DNA of 64,000 nt, from assembly GCA_965112735.1 (NCBI GenBank), contig OZ218953.1, positions 3,348,001-3,412,000 of the forward strand, in the 5' to 3' direction. The position numbers were made by a program, and so were the translations under genes. Position 1 is the first letter of the stretch. The number at the start of each line of letters is the position of its first letter. Positions 12,183-25,101 of the stretch are shown here, piece by piece. The notes under the pieces were generated by a model. It had not been told where the DNA came from and made no database searches. It saw only the letters and a program-made list of their open reading frames with translations. Source of the stretch: Phaeosaccion multiseriatum. Lineage: Eukaryota; Protista; Ochrophyta, other classes.

Positions 12183-13959
12183 TCACAGCCGGCAGGCATC
12201 TCGAATGAAGCCCCAGACATCGCTCCTGCCCTTGCCGTTGACGGAGCTAAACGGAACTGGCATGTCGCCGGGGAGATGAAAAGCCTCTCGTATTCTGGGG
12301 ATGTTGACAGTGTTCTCCATGCTACTGAGCTTGTCCACCTTGGTCGCAGCCACCAGCAGCTTGTAGTTACATTCTCCGTCCTCCGTGCTGTCCTGCACGA
12401 AGCTGATGATGTCTTCGTCGACCTCCAGTGGCTCTCTGCGGGAGTCCACAAGCAGGATAAGGAGCTTGAGGTTGGGCCTGTTCTTGAGGTACTTGTCGAG
12501 GAACACCTGTGTTGCGGGGGTGGGTGCGTGCGTGTGTGTGCGTGTATGCACATTGCATCACAGGCCAGGGCAGAACAGATGGGGACGGTGTGAGTAATGG
12601 AGATGGGACACACACAACCAATCATTGAAGAGGAAGAGGAAGAGGCAGCAGGAGGAGGAGCGAGGAGGAGGAGGAGGGGGAGGACAATACATGGCTGCCG
12701 CCCCTCCCTCTCTCTCACTCTCTCTCTCTTTTCACCACACGCACACACCTCAATGACCCTCTGATTGCTCTTGCCCATCTTGGCGTAGCCGTACCCGGGC
12801 AGATCGGCAAACCAGCAGATCTCTTTCCCCTTGTCATTCAGCGCTTTGAACAGGTTGATCTGGCGGGTCCGCCCTGGCGTTTTGCTCACCTGTGGAGCAA
12901 AGCAAGGCAAGGCAAGGCAAGGCAAGATTAAAGCACGACGGTGTTGATGCTTGGAAGGAAATAAAACATTGGGCACAGTCAAGTCCGTCTTGGATTGCTT
13001 AGGGAAGAGCCCCCCCCCCTCTCTCTCTCACTCCGGATGTGAGAAACACTAGCGCACGTGCCTTTCCCTTCCTTCTTCTCTTACCTTGGCTGCCTTCTCT
13101 GCAAAGAGCGTATTCAGCATGCTGCTCTTGCCTGCGGGGGCGGGGAGTGGGAGGGAAAGAGTTGGTGTGGTTACGGCAGCTTGCACTTGCTCAGGTCCCC
13201 CCAATCTTCCTTCCACAGCTAATTGCTTGTACTTTCCTTACCAACGTTTGAGCGCCCCAGAAATGCGATTTCTGGTAGAGTGGTCGACGGCCACTTGCTT
13301 TCGTCGTCTACAAAACTGCCGATGAACTCAATGGACTTGACGTCGATGGGGTTGAACCTCTTCTTCTGCACATTCTTCTTGGGGTCGATCAAGGGGTTCA
13401 CTTTGCTGACTGCCTGAAGGATTGTTTAGTAAGGGGGGGTGAAAGGAAAGCAAGGCATTGTACATGCGAGTGATTGGATTCAGCCAAGTGCAGCGGCAAA
13501 CGTGTAGCGTTCTAACATCTTGTTTGGCATCCACAGAAGAGAAGGAAGGCAGTTAAGCAGACCAAGTCCCCACTTACATACCTTGAAAGGGTTGTCCATC
13601 ATCCTTGGAGCGGCGTCTTGCTGAGAGTTGCGCTCGCCCCTCTCTCTCTTGCGACCCTTCTTGGCCTCCTTACGGGCTTCCATTTTAGAGTATGTTTGGG
13701 TGGCCTTTATCATCTCCTCCTCTTCCCAATTTGGGTTCCCTCCTTTCCGCCCTTTGCCTTTGCCACCCGTCTTCTTTTTACCCCTGCCCTTCCCTCTTCC
13801 CTCCGCTCGGAGGGGAGAGCATTCATGGTGCCTGGCCTTGTGTTGAGCAAGGGGTGGCGCGACGAAGCCCAGCCGTGATGATGATGATGATGCACTAGCT
13901 GCAGCCTTTCCCACTGGAGCGCTCGCTAGGATAAGCCAGAACAGGTCAGAGCCCTTCAT
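12183..13959 (-). CDS. engB: EngB/YihA/YsxC ribosome-biogenesis GTPase, organelle (probably plastid) targeted, 5 exons
   Basis: PEIAFLGRSNVG|KSSMLN, VSKTPGRTRQINLF, DLPGYGYA, LLVDSRR and TKVDK (G1-G4). N-terminal signal-like leader with GFVAP. Confidence 0.93.
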
Positions 13960-13960
13960 T

Positions 13961-13994
13961 GTCTCTCTCTCTCTCTCTCCGTCTCTCTCTCTCC

Positions 13995-14068
<74 letters not shown>

Positions 14069-14358
14069 CTCTCTCTCTCTCTCTTTCTTCTCTCTCTCTC
14101 TTTCTCTCTCTTTCGTTCTCTCTCTTTTCTCTCTTTCTCTTTCTCTCTCTCTCTCCCGATCCCTTCCTCTCTCTCCCATCGGTTGCCATCCTCTTCACTC
14201 CTTTGTTCTTACCCCGACTAATCCCGACTATCTACCCCTTCTGTTTGTTATTTTTTATTATACGCATATGCCCTTTATTGTATGATCCATGTCATGAGGT
14301 GTCTTGAGACCCTCGTGAGGACGGCGGAGAGGAGGTGAGGACTTCTTCCGTCCTCCGG

Positions 14359-14453
<95 letters not shown>

Positions 14454-14496
14454 CTCTGCCTCTTCCTCCCTCTCTCTGTCTCTCTCCCTCTCTCTC

Positions 14497-14541
<45 letters not shown>

Positions 14542-14790
14542 CTCTCCCTCTCTCTGCCTCTCTCTCTCGCTCTCTCTGTCTCTCTCTCTTCTTTCTCTCT
14601 CTTCGCCCTCTCTTTCTCTCCCCCCCCCCCTCTGTATCTTTATCTTTCTCTCCCTCTCCCTCTCCCTCTCTATCCCTCTCTCTCTCATCTCCTCCCTCTC
14701 TCTCCTGCTCCCTTTCCCTCTCCCCCTTCCCCTCCCCCCTCCCTCTCCTCTCATCTTCCATCGCCCCCCCCCCCCCCCCCCTCTCTAATT
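13961..14790. repeat. Long (CT)n/(GA)n polypyrimidine tracts (engB leader and first intron of the hydrolase)
   Basis: Read directly: tracts at about 13961-14180 and 14361-14790. Confidence 0.95.
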
Positions 14791-17700
14791 GTGCTTGAAC
14801 CCTCCAGCTCGCCGCTCTCTTTCCTTCTACTTCGCCTGCCGTGCGTGGCGGACAAACTCGGGCTCCCATGGGTCCTCCTGCTCCGCTCCCCGCAAATGAT
14901 TGTCCCCCTCGCTCTGGCGCTGTATCTCATTTTCCTCTTCATCTGGGTAAGTCGTGTCAGGGCCGTTCGTAGCAGCTCTCAGAGTCGTGTGGACAAGCGG
15001 TATGCGTAAGAGCCTGACATTTGTGCTGGCCACCCCTTGCTTGCTCTCGCAGGGCCCCCTGTATGTGGTATCGTGCGTGGTGACGAATACAGGAGCCGTC
15101 TTATGCGCATCTCTGGGTGTGTGGAAAGCAGGGAAGGAGCTCACTGTCCTTCTAAGCTATCCTGGTGAGTGGAGGAGGAAGAAAAGTTGATGGCCATGGT
15201 GCCCTTCGCACGGGTTTCTTCCCTCTACCCCCATAGGATTTCTTCCCTCTACCCCCATCCCGATGTTCCATCCTTTCTTCCCTCTACCCCCATCCCGATG
15301 TTTCATCCTTTCCACTCACTCGCGCCCGCCCCTCTCTCTCTGTGCGCCCACATTTACCTTCCATTTCTTATAGGAAAGAGCAGGTCGCTACAGAGTGATA
15401 TCACAAAGGAGTACGGCAAGAGTGTCACCTCTCGGCTGGTGAGTGTCGTCCTAGCTAAGCCTACGCCCTCTCCCCTGCAACAGGAAGACTCAAGCCATGA
15501 GGGAGCCTTTTTGAACCTTACCATGGGCCTCCTCCCCCCCTCGCCACTGCTGCTGATGTACCCCAACCAGATCTCTTACACCAACTGTGTTCGCATGTGG
15601 CTGCAGCTGGTGTGCACAACCGACGCCTTGCCAAAGTGAGTGAGTCGTGTGTCGTGTCTTGGAACAAATTTCCCTGCGAGAAGAATGCATGACAACACGT
15701 TAGAACACATTAGCACCCAAGGAATGTTTTTACCGTAAGGGATGCTTTACCGCAAGCTTTGCCGTCTATCAAACGAGCGCCCTGACTTCCTTCCCGCGCC
15801 CTGACTTGACCCTCTCCGCCCCGCCCGCCCGCTCCCCTCCCTCCCCATCCCCGCCAGTGGAATGCCCCAGTACCGAACCCTGAGCGCAGAGGTGCAGCAC
15901 AGGGCCTTGTCGGCCAAGGGAGATATGCACATCCTCTGCAACGCTCTGCAGGTGCTGGTGCAGACTTGCAGGGACGAACAGGTGCGACGTAGGTGGGAGG
16001 TGGAACGGTCGCATTGTATGCCGCCTCCGCCCAGCACCCCCCCCCCCTCTCCTCCTCCTCCTCCTCCTCCTCCACCACCACCATCACCACCACCATCCCT
16101 ATATGACACTGTCTCTCTCTCTGGCCTTCACAGACGCATCAGGTGCCACAGCCTTCCATGTGGCAGAGGCTACTGGCGTGGGGTAGGAGGTGCAAGACAG
16201 CAAGAAGCGTAGGAGGTGCCGCTAGAGCGAGCACTTCAGGAGAGAGCGCAAGCGCAGCCTTGCTCGACCTGTCCGAAGAGGGAAAGCACGGGGCAGCCGC
16301 GCTGCTGGCAGAACTCTCGGAGCTACGACGTGCTCTGGAGCAGGCGCTAAATCAGGTTCGAGTCAGGCGTTGCGTTGCGAGGTTTTCCTTCCTTTTCTCT
16401 CATTCATTCACTTACCCCAATTCTCTCTGCTCCTCTTCCTCCTCCTCCTCCTCTTCCTCCTCCTCCTCCTCCTGCTGCTGCTCCTCCTCCTCCTCCTCCT
16501 CCTCCTCCTCCTCCTCCTCCTCCTCCTCCTCCTCCTCCTCCTCCTCTTTCTTCTTCTTCGTCTTCTTCTTCGTCGTCTTCTTCTTCTCCTTCTCCTCCTC
16601 TTGCTTGTTGTGTTGGGGCGCGATAGGCGAGCACTTTGGTGACTGCATCAAGTGTCGCGGAGTTTGACGCGCGGAGACGGGAGCTTTTGCAAGGAGCGCG
16701 AAGAAATGGAATTGGCGGGATGGGTAGCAGCAGCAGTAGCAGCACTAGCATCAGTAGCAGCACTAGCAGCAGCAGCATCAGCAATGGTGGCGCGCTTGAG
16801 GTGGGCAAGGGGTCTGGAGGATCGGAAGACTTTTCCGCCACGCTTCAGCAAGCAGAAACCGCCGTCAGGTGCGCAGCAGCAGCAGCAGCAGCAACAGCAG
16901 CGAAGGAAGGCCCATGGGCTGCTTGATTTGTATCTCTCAGTTCCCCAACATGTCTCTCACTCTCTCTCACTAAACTAACCCTCTTTTCCCCTTGTGCATC
17001 TTACGCGACAACTCCCTTGTTGCTTGACTTGGCTTGGGGCGGCTCGGAGCAGGGCGGTGCTGGTGCAAGCGCGTCTCCTTTGTCCAAAGAGGAAGGAGGC
17101 GGGAGTGTTTCCCTTGACGCAATTGAAGGCGTGGTGGGAGAGCAATTTCCCGTCCGGGTGCCCCGTATCCCTGGACCTCATGCGAAATGAGGTGGGTGAG
17201 GAAGGCGTCGGGGTACTCACGACGATGTGTGTGCTGTTGCCTTCCATTGAATTGCTCTCTCTACTCAAAGTGAATCTGTGAACTGAATCCCATCCCACCC
17301 CGCCCCCTCTCTCCCGCCCCTCTGCCCCGTCTTTCATATCATGCCATGTACTGTCAGATGCTGGGCAAGTACAGTGCCGAGCAAGTGTGGCTCACAATGT
17401 CGGACGGGGTTCTACTGGATTGCTGCCACGTGCCCGCTAGGAGGCCTGCCGGAGTGACGGCGGAAGGGCAAAGGGCAGCAGCAGCAGCAGCAACAGCAGA
17501 AGCAGCAGCAGGAGGAGGAGGAGGAGAAGTAGCAGTGCCCGGCTGTGTTCTGTTCTGCAACCCAAACGCAGGTTTCTCCGAGGCCCTTGTGGCGTCTGGA
17601 CATGGCGAGGGCGATTGGGTTACCTTCTATACCTCTCTGGGGTGTGACGCGTTCCTCTTTAACTATAGAGGATACGCAAGAAGCCAGGGGCGGCCAAGCC

Positions 17701-19627
17701 CCTCCAGAATCAACCAGTGAGTGCGTGAGTCAGTAATTGTGTGAGTGAGTGAGGGAGGGAAGGAGGGCGGTGGGCTCAACTGAAACTGCCGAGCTTCTTC
17801 CGATTCCGAGTCTTGACCCACGCCCGTACCTCTGTACCTCTACCGTTGTTGTTGTTCTGTTGCCACCAGGGATGTGATTGAGATTGCCACATACCTTCGC
17901 GAGCACCGCGGAGTTAAACGCCTGGCCCTACACGGAGAGAGCATTGGAGGCATGGCAGCGGCCAACGCAGCACGCCACGCAGAGGTAGACTTGCTCGTCC
18001 TCGACCGGACCTTCGGCTCCCTCACCGGGGCAGCACAGCGCCTCATCGGCGCATGGACTGATTCCGCCATCCGCGCCTTTACGCAGTGGACAACAGACGT
18101 CGCCTTAGACTACCTCGCATGTCGCTGCCCCAAAGTGGTGGCCTGCGACCCCGATGATTCAATCATCCCTGACCCGGCGTCGCTCAAGGCAGCAGTGGCG
18201 GTGCGCTTGGAGCTGGGGCCGGCAGCCACCATTGGGGTGCTTCCCCTGCCCTACGCGTACGCTCTTGCGGACCATTTGGCCAGCCCTCCCCCGCTCCCAC
18301 GGGGAGGAGCGGCGGCGGTTCCCCATGTGCTATCCCATGACCGGTAAGTGAGGCGTGCTCTGGCTCTGGTTTCCGCCCTGAAGAGGCTGTCCGTTGTCCC
18401 CATTCTCGTCCTGTCTCTGAGATGAATGCCCATTGTCACTAAACTAGCGCAGAACTAACGCCGAACCTCATTGGATTGGCTCACGTGCGAGCACCACCCA
18501 CCCTCCCTCTCACCCTCCCTCCCGTCCCTCTCCTCCCTCCCGTCCCGCCCCTCCCTCTCCTCCCTCCCTCCCTCTGCAGCTTGTCTGAGGCTCAGGTGGT
18601 GCACTTCTCGTGCTGCTTGCGCTATGTGGCGCTGACGGCTTCGGCCAAGATCAAGAGTGCGAGAGTGCAGCAGAGGACCGCAGAGTGGTCGCGAAAGAGC
18701 TTACTGAGAGAGCGGACCGGGACCGGGAGCTCCTCGGGCAGTGGGTGGAGGGCCACAGATGGTGTGGAGGCCGGGGAAGGGATGGGCGGTGGGAGCAGCA
18801 GCAGCAGCAGCAGTGGCTCTGCCAGCATAGCTGACGCAGAGGGTATTGAGATGGTGAGGCTCAACGTCGAGGGCACGAGCGCGGACTATCAGACCGAAGA
18901 GGAAGAGGAAGAGGACGAAGAGAGGGTGTTGCTTGATGTGGATGACGGCAGCGGTGGTCCTGCCGCAGCTGCGGCCTTGAAGCAGCCGGTGGTGGAGCTA
19001 TGGACGCTGCTGGCAAGAGCAAATGGACTCTCCGGAAGGCTGCTGGGGGCCGCTGTTGCCAATGGAGGCGACCATGTTCGGGCATGGGTGTGCAGTTTGC
19101 TTGTTTGGGGGCCTCACATTGGCCAAGACGATATCCTCAACAGCCCCGCTGGAATTATGGCTAGGAGGCAACCCAAGGGGCTGCCGGTGGAGCAAGTGCT
19201 GGCCCAGGCGGAGCACCTCATTGAAACGAACCCTCTGGAGCTGGGACCGGAGGACAACGCAGCGTACATTGTGGGCACTCTTCGCTACGTGTGTCAGCGC
19301 CTGTCAGACGCCCGTGCCGCTGTTGATGCCACCACTCGTCAGCAGCAGCAGCAGCAGCAGCAGCAACCTCCGCCCGGCCACCTCTCCGATCTCCATGATG
19401 AGCAAGTGCTGGGTCGGCTACTACCGCTGCGGTGCGGGCACAACAACCCGTACCATCCGCAAGAGAGGGACATGCTACGGCAGCACCTGCAACTCAACGG
19501 CTGGGTTTCCGTGTCCTCCGCTTACAGCACCACGGCCACGGCTCCAACTAGCGCTCTCAGTGGGCACACGCGGGTGGCAAGTGTGTACGGCAAGAAGGGG
19601 GGGGGCTCAGGAGACACCTCGGAATAG
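14282..19627 (+). CDS. Membrane-anchored alpha/beta hydrolase (ABHD13/BEM46-like core with long extensions), about 11 exons
   Basis: VLFCNPNAG, FNYRGYARSQGRPS, nucleophile elbow HGESIGG, DRTFGSL, DPDDSII and CGHNN (catalytic His). N-terminal TM segments. ATG 14282 splices in frame across intron 14335-14807. Confidence 0.85.
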
Positions 19628-19828
19628 CAGAGCTATGGCTTGCTGGCGCAGCCAGTCAGCCAGTCAGTCGGTCAGTCAGTCAGTCTGGTATGCTTCTTAA
19701 AACCCTAACATATTGGCCTCGCGCACTCTTATGTACATATAATCTTACGGCAAAAATGGAATTGGAGAGCGAATGCCCAACCAGCAGCAGCAGCAGCAGC
19801 AGAAGCGGCGAGCTCTGTCCCAGAGTGT

Positions 19829-21169
19829 TTACGAGTTGGGTACACCCCTCCGCAGGAGCAAATCAGGTGCACCGGAGTTCTCCCTCGCCACCATAATGTC
19901 ATCATCCAGGTAAGTGATGAAGAGGGTGCGCTTCCCTCGCAGCCGCTTAGGCACGGGAATGGTTCGCCCGGCAAATACCAATTCCTCAATCTCCTCCACG
20001 AGTCGAATGTCGCTCTCGGCGTGCAGACGGGTTCTCACGCGAATCGTCCGTTCGCCCCCGAACAAGGAGACTGTCACTGCGCCTTCGACTCTGTCGTGTG
20101 TGAGGGAAGAGAAGAGAAGACGTCGGTATTGTTGTTGTGTGTGTCAGGCGTACAGGGGGGGGCGCTGATCGTTACTTGGAGGTACGTCGCTGTCTTTCCG
20201 GTGTCAGATGAGACATCATCATTCTCGTCTCACCTCTGCTCTTCCTGGTTGACGGTGAGTGTGACCATCTTGAGGTCAAGCAGCCCGCCCAGCCTCTTGG
20301 CCACCTGAGGGAGGACGCAAAACGAAAGAACGACAGGCGGGGTGAGTGGGGCACCTGCCACCCAAGACAACACCCCGCCTGGCCAAGAGAGCACAATCTA
20401 CTCTCTGATCGGCTTCAGATGCCGTCAAGTCCGACACGAATAGACGCAGGATCTCGGGGCTAGCGCTACGGCGGGTGTGTATATGTACACATGTATTCGC
20501 TCTCTCTTACCTTGCTCAATGCCTGCACGCCGAGCATTCCAGGAGACATGCCACCGGTGTACAGGAACTCCCACACCCCGTTCATGGCGTCGGAAGAGGC
20601 AGGCCTATCAGTTGGGTTCATAGGCTCGAGCTTCAGCAAGAGCTCGTTCACATACGTCCTGTTTTCGAGGAAGGGCAAAGCATTGCGAAGAGAGCAAAGA
20701 GTAAGCGCCCCGCGGGAGATCACATTGCTCTGTAGCCTAGCCAGCCGTTCAGGAATGCACTTTCACGCTTTGGACTCAGCGGAATGTGCAGAAGTAACGG
20801 ATCCAAGGCCTACCTCTTGGAGGCAGAAGTCGCCAAGTCAATCTCAGCCAGAAGGTCGTCCTTCAGGCTGAATCCGTCTCCATTGTTCTTTGCTGGCACG
20901 CGCAGAGCAGAGGTGGCCTCCTCCGCCATCCTCTCTGCGCCATCGTACATATCACTCGCTACATCCACTGACGCAAAAATCCTCGGACTGCCTCTGCTCC
21001 TGGCGGCGGGGCTGGCACTCCACGATGACTCAGACGCCGAGAAACAGCTGCTCCTTCTCCCGCTGAGATCACTGAAGCGCGCGTTCAGTCCCGCGAGCGA
21101 TGGCTGAGAAACGAAGGCCGAGCACGCAGTGAGGGACAGCAGCACGGCAGTCACAGATAGGGGACTCAT
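19829..21169 (-). CDS. Plastid lipid-associated protein / fibrillin (PAP), 4 exons
   Basis: MSPLSVTAVLLSLTACSA|FVSQP bipartite presequence. ELLLKLEPMNPT..MNGVWEFLYT and C-terminal ITYLDDDIMVAR typical of PAP_fibrillin. Confidence 0.9.
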
Positions 21170-21352
21170 CTTGAAAAGCCTAGGGAAAAAATGGAGAAAT
21201 TGGTGAGGTGCGTTTCAGGGTAGTCGCCTGCTGTGAGACCCGATTCCAACACGCCAGCAAGAGGAGGAGGCGGAGCAGGCAAGGGATATCGATAATCAAT
21301 TACAACATTATCCTGTATTCGATGAAGCGGGGAGCACAGACTGGTACAAAAG

Positions 21353-23343
21353 ATGGAGGCGGGCGAATCAGAAGGCACCGCAGAGCGCAATGAAGCCACT
21401 CGCTTCTACAGAGCCGGCGTGCTCCTTGCGCGAGCGGGGAGACACGACGTGGCTGCCGCTTCCTACGCCAAGCACCTTGAAGCGTGTCCCTGTGATGCGA
21501 AGGCTCTCCACAACAGGGGGGTCTCTCTAGCTGCTCTGGGGAAGGCAAGTGAGGCCTGCTGGGGAGGGCAAGGGGGGAGTGTTGTGCCTCTGAGTCGATC
21601 TGAACGTGGGAGACACAGGGCGCAAGGCGAGCCTTTTCGTTGATCTGTGTTGGCCCCCTCCCCCTCCCTCCCTCCCTTGCAGACTGACGCAGCTCTCAGC
21701 TGCTTCGAGCGTGCTTTTGCAGAAAATCCCTCCAACACCGACGCCGCTGTGAATGCCGCCGGCTGTCTCATCCAGCAAGGAGAAGGTACGCGCCACTCAA
21801 CTCACTTCAGGTGCTCAGGCGTGTCCCTGACCCTTTGTATCCTCAACCGCAGAGCCAAATCCCCCACTGAAACTGCGTTCCAGGCGCGAAGGCGGCAGCT
21901 CTGTCCCGGACTGCTCTGGAGGTGACGCCTGCGCTTGCGCAGGCGTGGTACAATCTCAACACGGCGTTGCGGATGGATGGCCGACTCGTCGAGGCGGTGG
22001 ATTTGTCGTGGTCTTGTATTCGCAAGGCCCGCGGCTGCGAGTCCGACGAGCCGATGTCTCCCAAGGCGACGAGGGTGCGCCTCTCCGAGGATGTGGCTGC
22101 TGCGGAGAGGGTAGTACTGACTCCAGCGGCAGAGACGGGTGCAGGGCCCGGCTCGGCCATGGACGCCGCTAGAGACTCCGTGGGTGCCACGGAGCCGAGA
22201 CGTCCGAGTGGCGGCGGCGACGGCGACGGCGCTGCGGTCACTGTCGTGTGTGTGAAGTGGGGCTCCAAGTACGCGTCGACCTACGTCAATCGACTCGCCA
22301 GAGGACTCAAGCGGTACCTCACCCTTCGCCACCGCCTGGTGAGGGAGGCACAAAACACTTGAATACTGGTGCTGCTGGTGCTGCTGCTGACTCTTTGTTG
22401 CTCATCGCCCTCTTTCCTGCCTTTCTTATTGGAATCGCTGCCAGATCTGCTTCACGGACAGCGAGACAGACATCGACCCCGGCGTGGAAGTAAGGGCCCT
22501 TCCTGTAGACACGCCTTGGAAAGGGTGGTGGCACAAGGTAAGGCAGAGCACTTTCGGGGAGTCCTTCCTTCCATGCCCCCCACCCGTTCCCTCCCCTCTC
22601 CTCTCTGTCTCTCGCTCTCCATGCTCCGTCCTCTCTAACCTCTCATCCATGTCCGTTCCATCTACTCAAGGCCTGGTTGTTTTCTCCCGAGGCGAAGTTG
22701 AGTGGAAGGATATTCTACATTGACTTGGACAGCGTCATTGTGGGGCCAATGGATCCCATCGCGGGCTATGCCGGTAAGCTCCCGAGGCTCGATCCGAGTC
22801 CTGTCATGCCCCGCACTCTCCATGGAGGGTGGGAGGGCGCATAGCTCGGGTGGTGGGTAGGAAGTGCACTTACTGCGTGCTTTGCACTCTTGACGTCACC
22901 CATCCGGGCCACACAAATGTTGTTTCGATTCGATGCCCTTACGACTACATGTGCAACTGCATGCAGGCGCGCCCTTCGCCACGCTTTCCGTCAGGGGCAT
23001 GGCCAACGAGAAGCGCGAGCAAGGCTACAACAGTAGCGTGATGCTGTGGGACGCGGACGGGAGCTTGTCCTCTATACACGGGCTCTTATCTGGGCTGTGG
23101 ACCGAGGTGACGGGCTGCATGTACAAATTTGACCACTGGTTGGAGATGTGTGTGGACCAGGCTGCTCTCCTCCAAGACGTGCTTCCTGCTGGCCTCATTG
23201 TTGAGTTCAAGTCTCTCGGCGAGGGGAGCCCCGGGCCGCCAGAGGGAGCCAGCCTTGTGTGCTTTCCTCTCCGGCCAAAACCGCACGAGTGCTCGGAGGA
23301 TTGGGTCAGGCAGGCGTGGGGATGGGCTCACATTGGAGAGTGA
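21353..23343 (+). CDS. TPR-repeat + GT-A-type glycosyltransferase fusion, 6 exons
   Basis: 3-4 TPRs (ALHNRGVSLAALGK|TDAALSCFERA; QAWYNLNTALR), then VCVKWGSKYASTYVNRL..|ICFTD..WKGWWHK|AWLF..YIDLDSVIVG..YNSSVMLW..CFPLRPKPHE. Confidence 0.85.
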
Positions 23344-23458
23344 TTGGCACTCAGCTGGCTCCTTTGGGGGGAAGGGGGGGTTACTCGTCGTGTGGGTCTC
23401 GCTGACCTACTTGGCGCCATCGATTTGAATCCGTCTCCAAAAACTCTGACTAGTCTTT

Positions 23459-24725
23459 TCATTTAAGCCGTATATCATTTCTTCTCCTCTCCTCTCCCCA
23501 CCGCACAGGCCGGCCAGCATGATATTGGTCGGGCTGCCATGTGTGTTTCCGCCGGTACTTTTCCGGATGAAGGATGGCGTCGCGAGCTCTCCGCCGACTC
23601 TGCTTGGGCGCACATTCAGTTTTATCCGCATAGAGAGATACACAGAAAACACACACAGAAGAGAGAGGGAAAGGGGAGAAGAAGATTGAGATAACGCACC
23701 TTTTCCAAACTACCCTACCAGACGAAGCGACGAAGCAACCCACCCACCCCCCCCCGCTACAGGACTACCTTCTGGTCCACCTCCCTGCTGCCCGACAGCC
23801 TTCCGGACCATTGGACCACTCCTCCTCACCTTTTCCAAGTTCTTTTCCGTGGTGGCGGCGAACCTGCTCCGTTGGCGCCTCCTGGCCTCCAGTAGTTCCA
23901 TGTCTCGCTCAGCCCGTCTCTCGATGCCCCCCACCACCTCCTCCACGAGTCTGCCTTGAGACCGTCCCAAACTGCGCTGCTTCTTGGTCCATGAGCACTT
24001 GGCTTCGAACCACACCTCCTCACTCTCCGCGTCGAACACAACGCTGAGCTTCCAGCCGCCCTCCCATCCGCTTCGAGGGAGGCTTGCGAGCTCAATGAAT
24101 GTTTCGTACTGCGCCTTGTCCACCACACGAGATTTCAACGTTTTCTCCTCCTTGCTGCTGCCGCTACTGCTGCTCCTCCGTCTCCTCCTCCTCTTCTTTT
24201 TCTTCTTCTTGCCCCCCTCGAGATCCTCCTCATCTTTCTCCTCACCTGCACTCCTGCCCTTGCGCTTCCGGCCCTTTCTCCGGCGGCGGGGCTCATCCTC
24301 TGACTCCTGCGCTACTTCTCCCTCCTCCTCCTCCTCCTCCTCCTCCTCCTCCCCAGCCAATTCGGGTGAAGCCTCGGGAAGCTCCATGGCTCTCTCGACG
24401 ATCTTCATATGGCAGAGATGCCACAGTCCCATGTGGCGCTTAAGCATGGCGACGGCCAGTCCCTCCGCCTGTCCATCCGCCTCCTCCCCTCTGACCAGGT
24501 CGACCCCATCGGCCTCATCACACAGGCCCTCCACGCGGAGTACGTCCATCCCAATCTTGTGGTAAAGCTCCAGGCCTTTCCCCACCAGGCGCCTAGAGCT
24601 CTTGGTCCGCTTCCGATCCCTTCCTTCGCGTTCACCAAAGCACTCCATGGCCTCTGGTGTGGGCTCCTCGTCCTCACACGCGTCAAGCTGAGAGCAAATG
24701 AAATCATCGGGGGGCTGGCATGGCA

Positions 24726-24766
<41 letters not shown>

Positions 24767-25101
24767 GAATAACGAACAGCAGAGTGGTGTTCTTCAGGTC
24801 GGACACCCACGGAACACGTGGAATCATTGCGAATGGGCTTTGATTGGTATAGCAGAGGACGTACCAGAGCGACGCTGAGATGCGGACAAGATTTCACGAC
24901 GAGACCGTTCCGCGGGACTTGATGGGCCACGTAGAGAGCACTCGTGGAGAGCACCGCAGCCCCGAGATAGAGCTTCGGATGCTGAGCCACTGAGCTCGAC
25001 ACTCCGCCGGCCAGTTGAAACAATCGAGAAGGGGGAGGCGTCTGCTGTTGCGCTCGACAAGTGCTTAGGAGCAGCAGCGCCGCTGCGAGGCGCGCACGCA
25101 T
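23459..25101 (-). CDS. Hypothetical protein with signal peptide, charged low-complexity insert and basic C-terminal helix
   Basis: MRARLAAALLLLSTCRA signal. Probable intron 24864-24715. LEK|SRRRARDAILHPEKYRR splices in frame to a stop at 23459. Confidence 0.65.

Noticed and set aside
13946-15009. ORFs of poly-ER/SL, and similar poly-CV/TH/P/G/Q/Y ORFs elsewhere in the window
   Set aside because: Translations of (GA)n, (CA)n, (CCT)n, (GTT)n and (CTA)n satellites in introns or UTRs.
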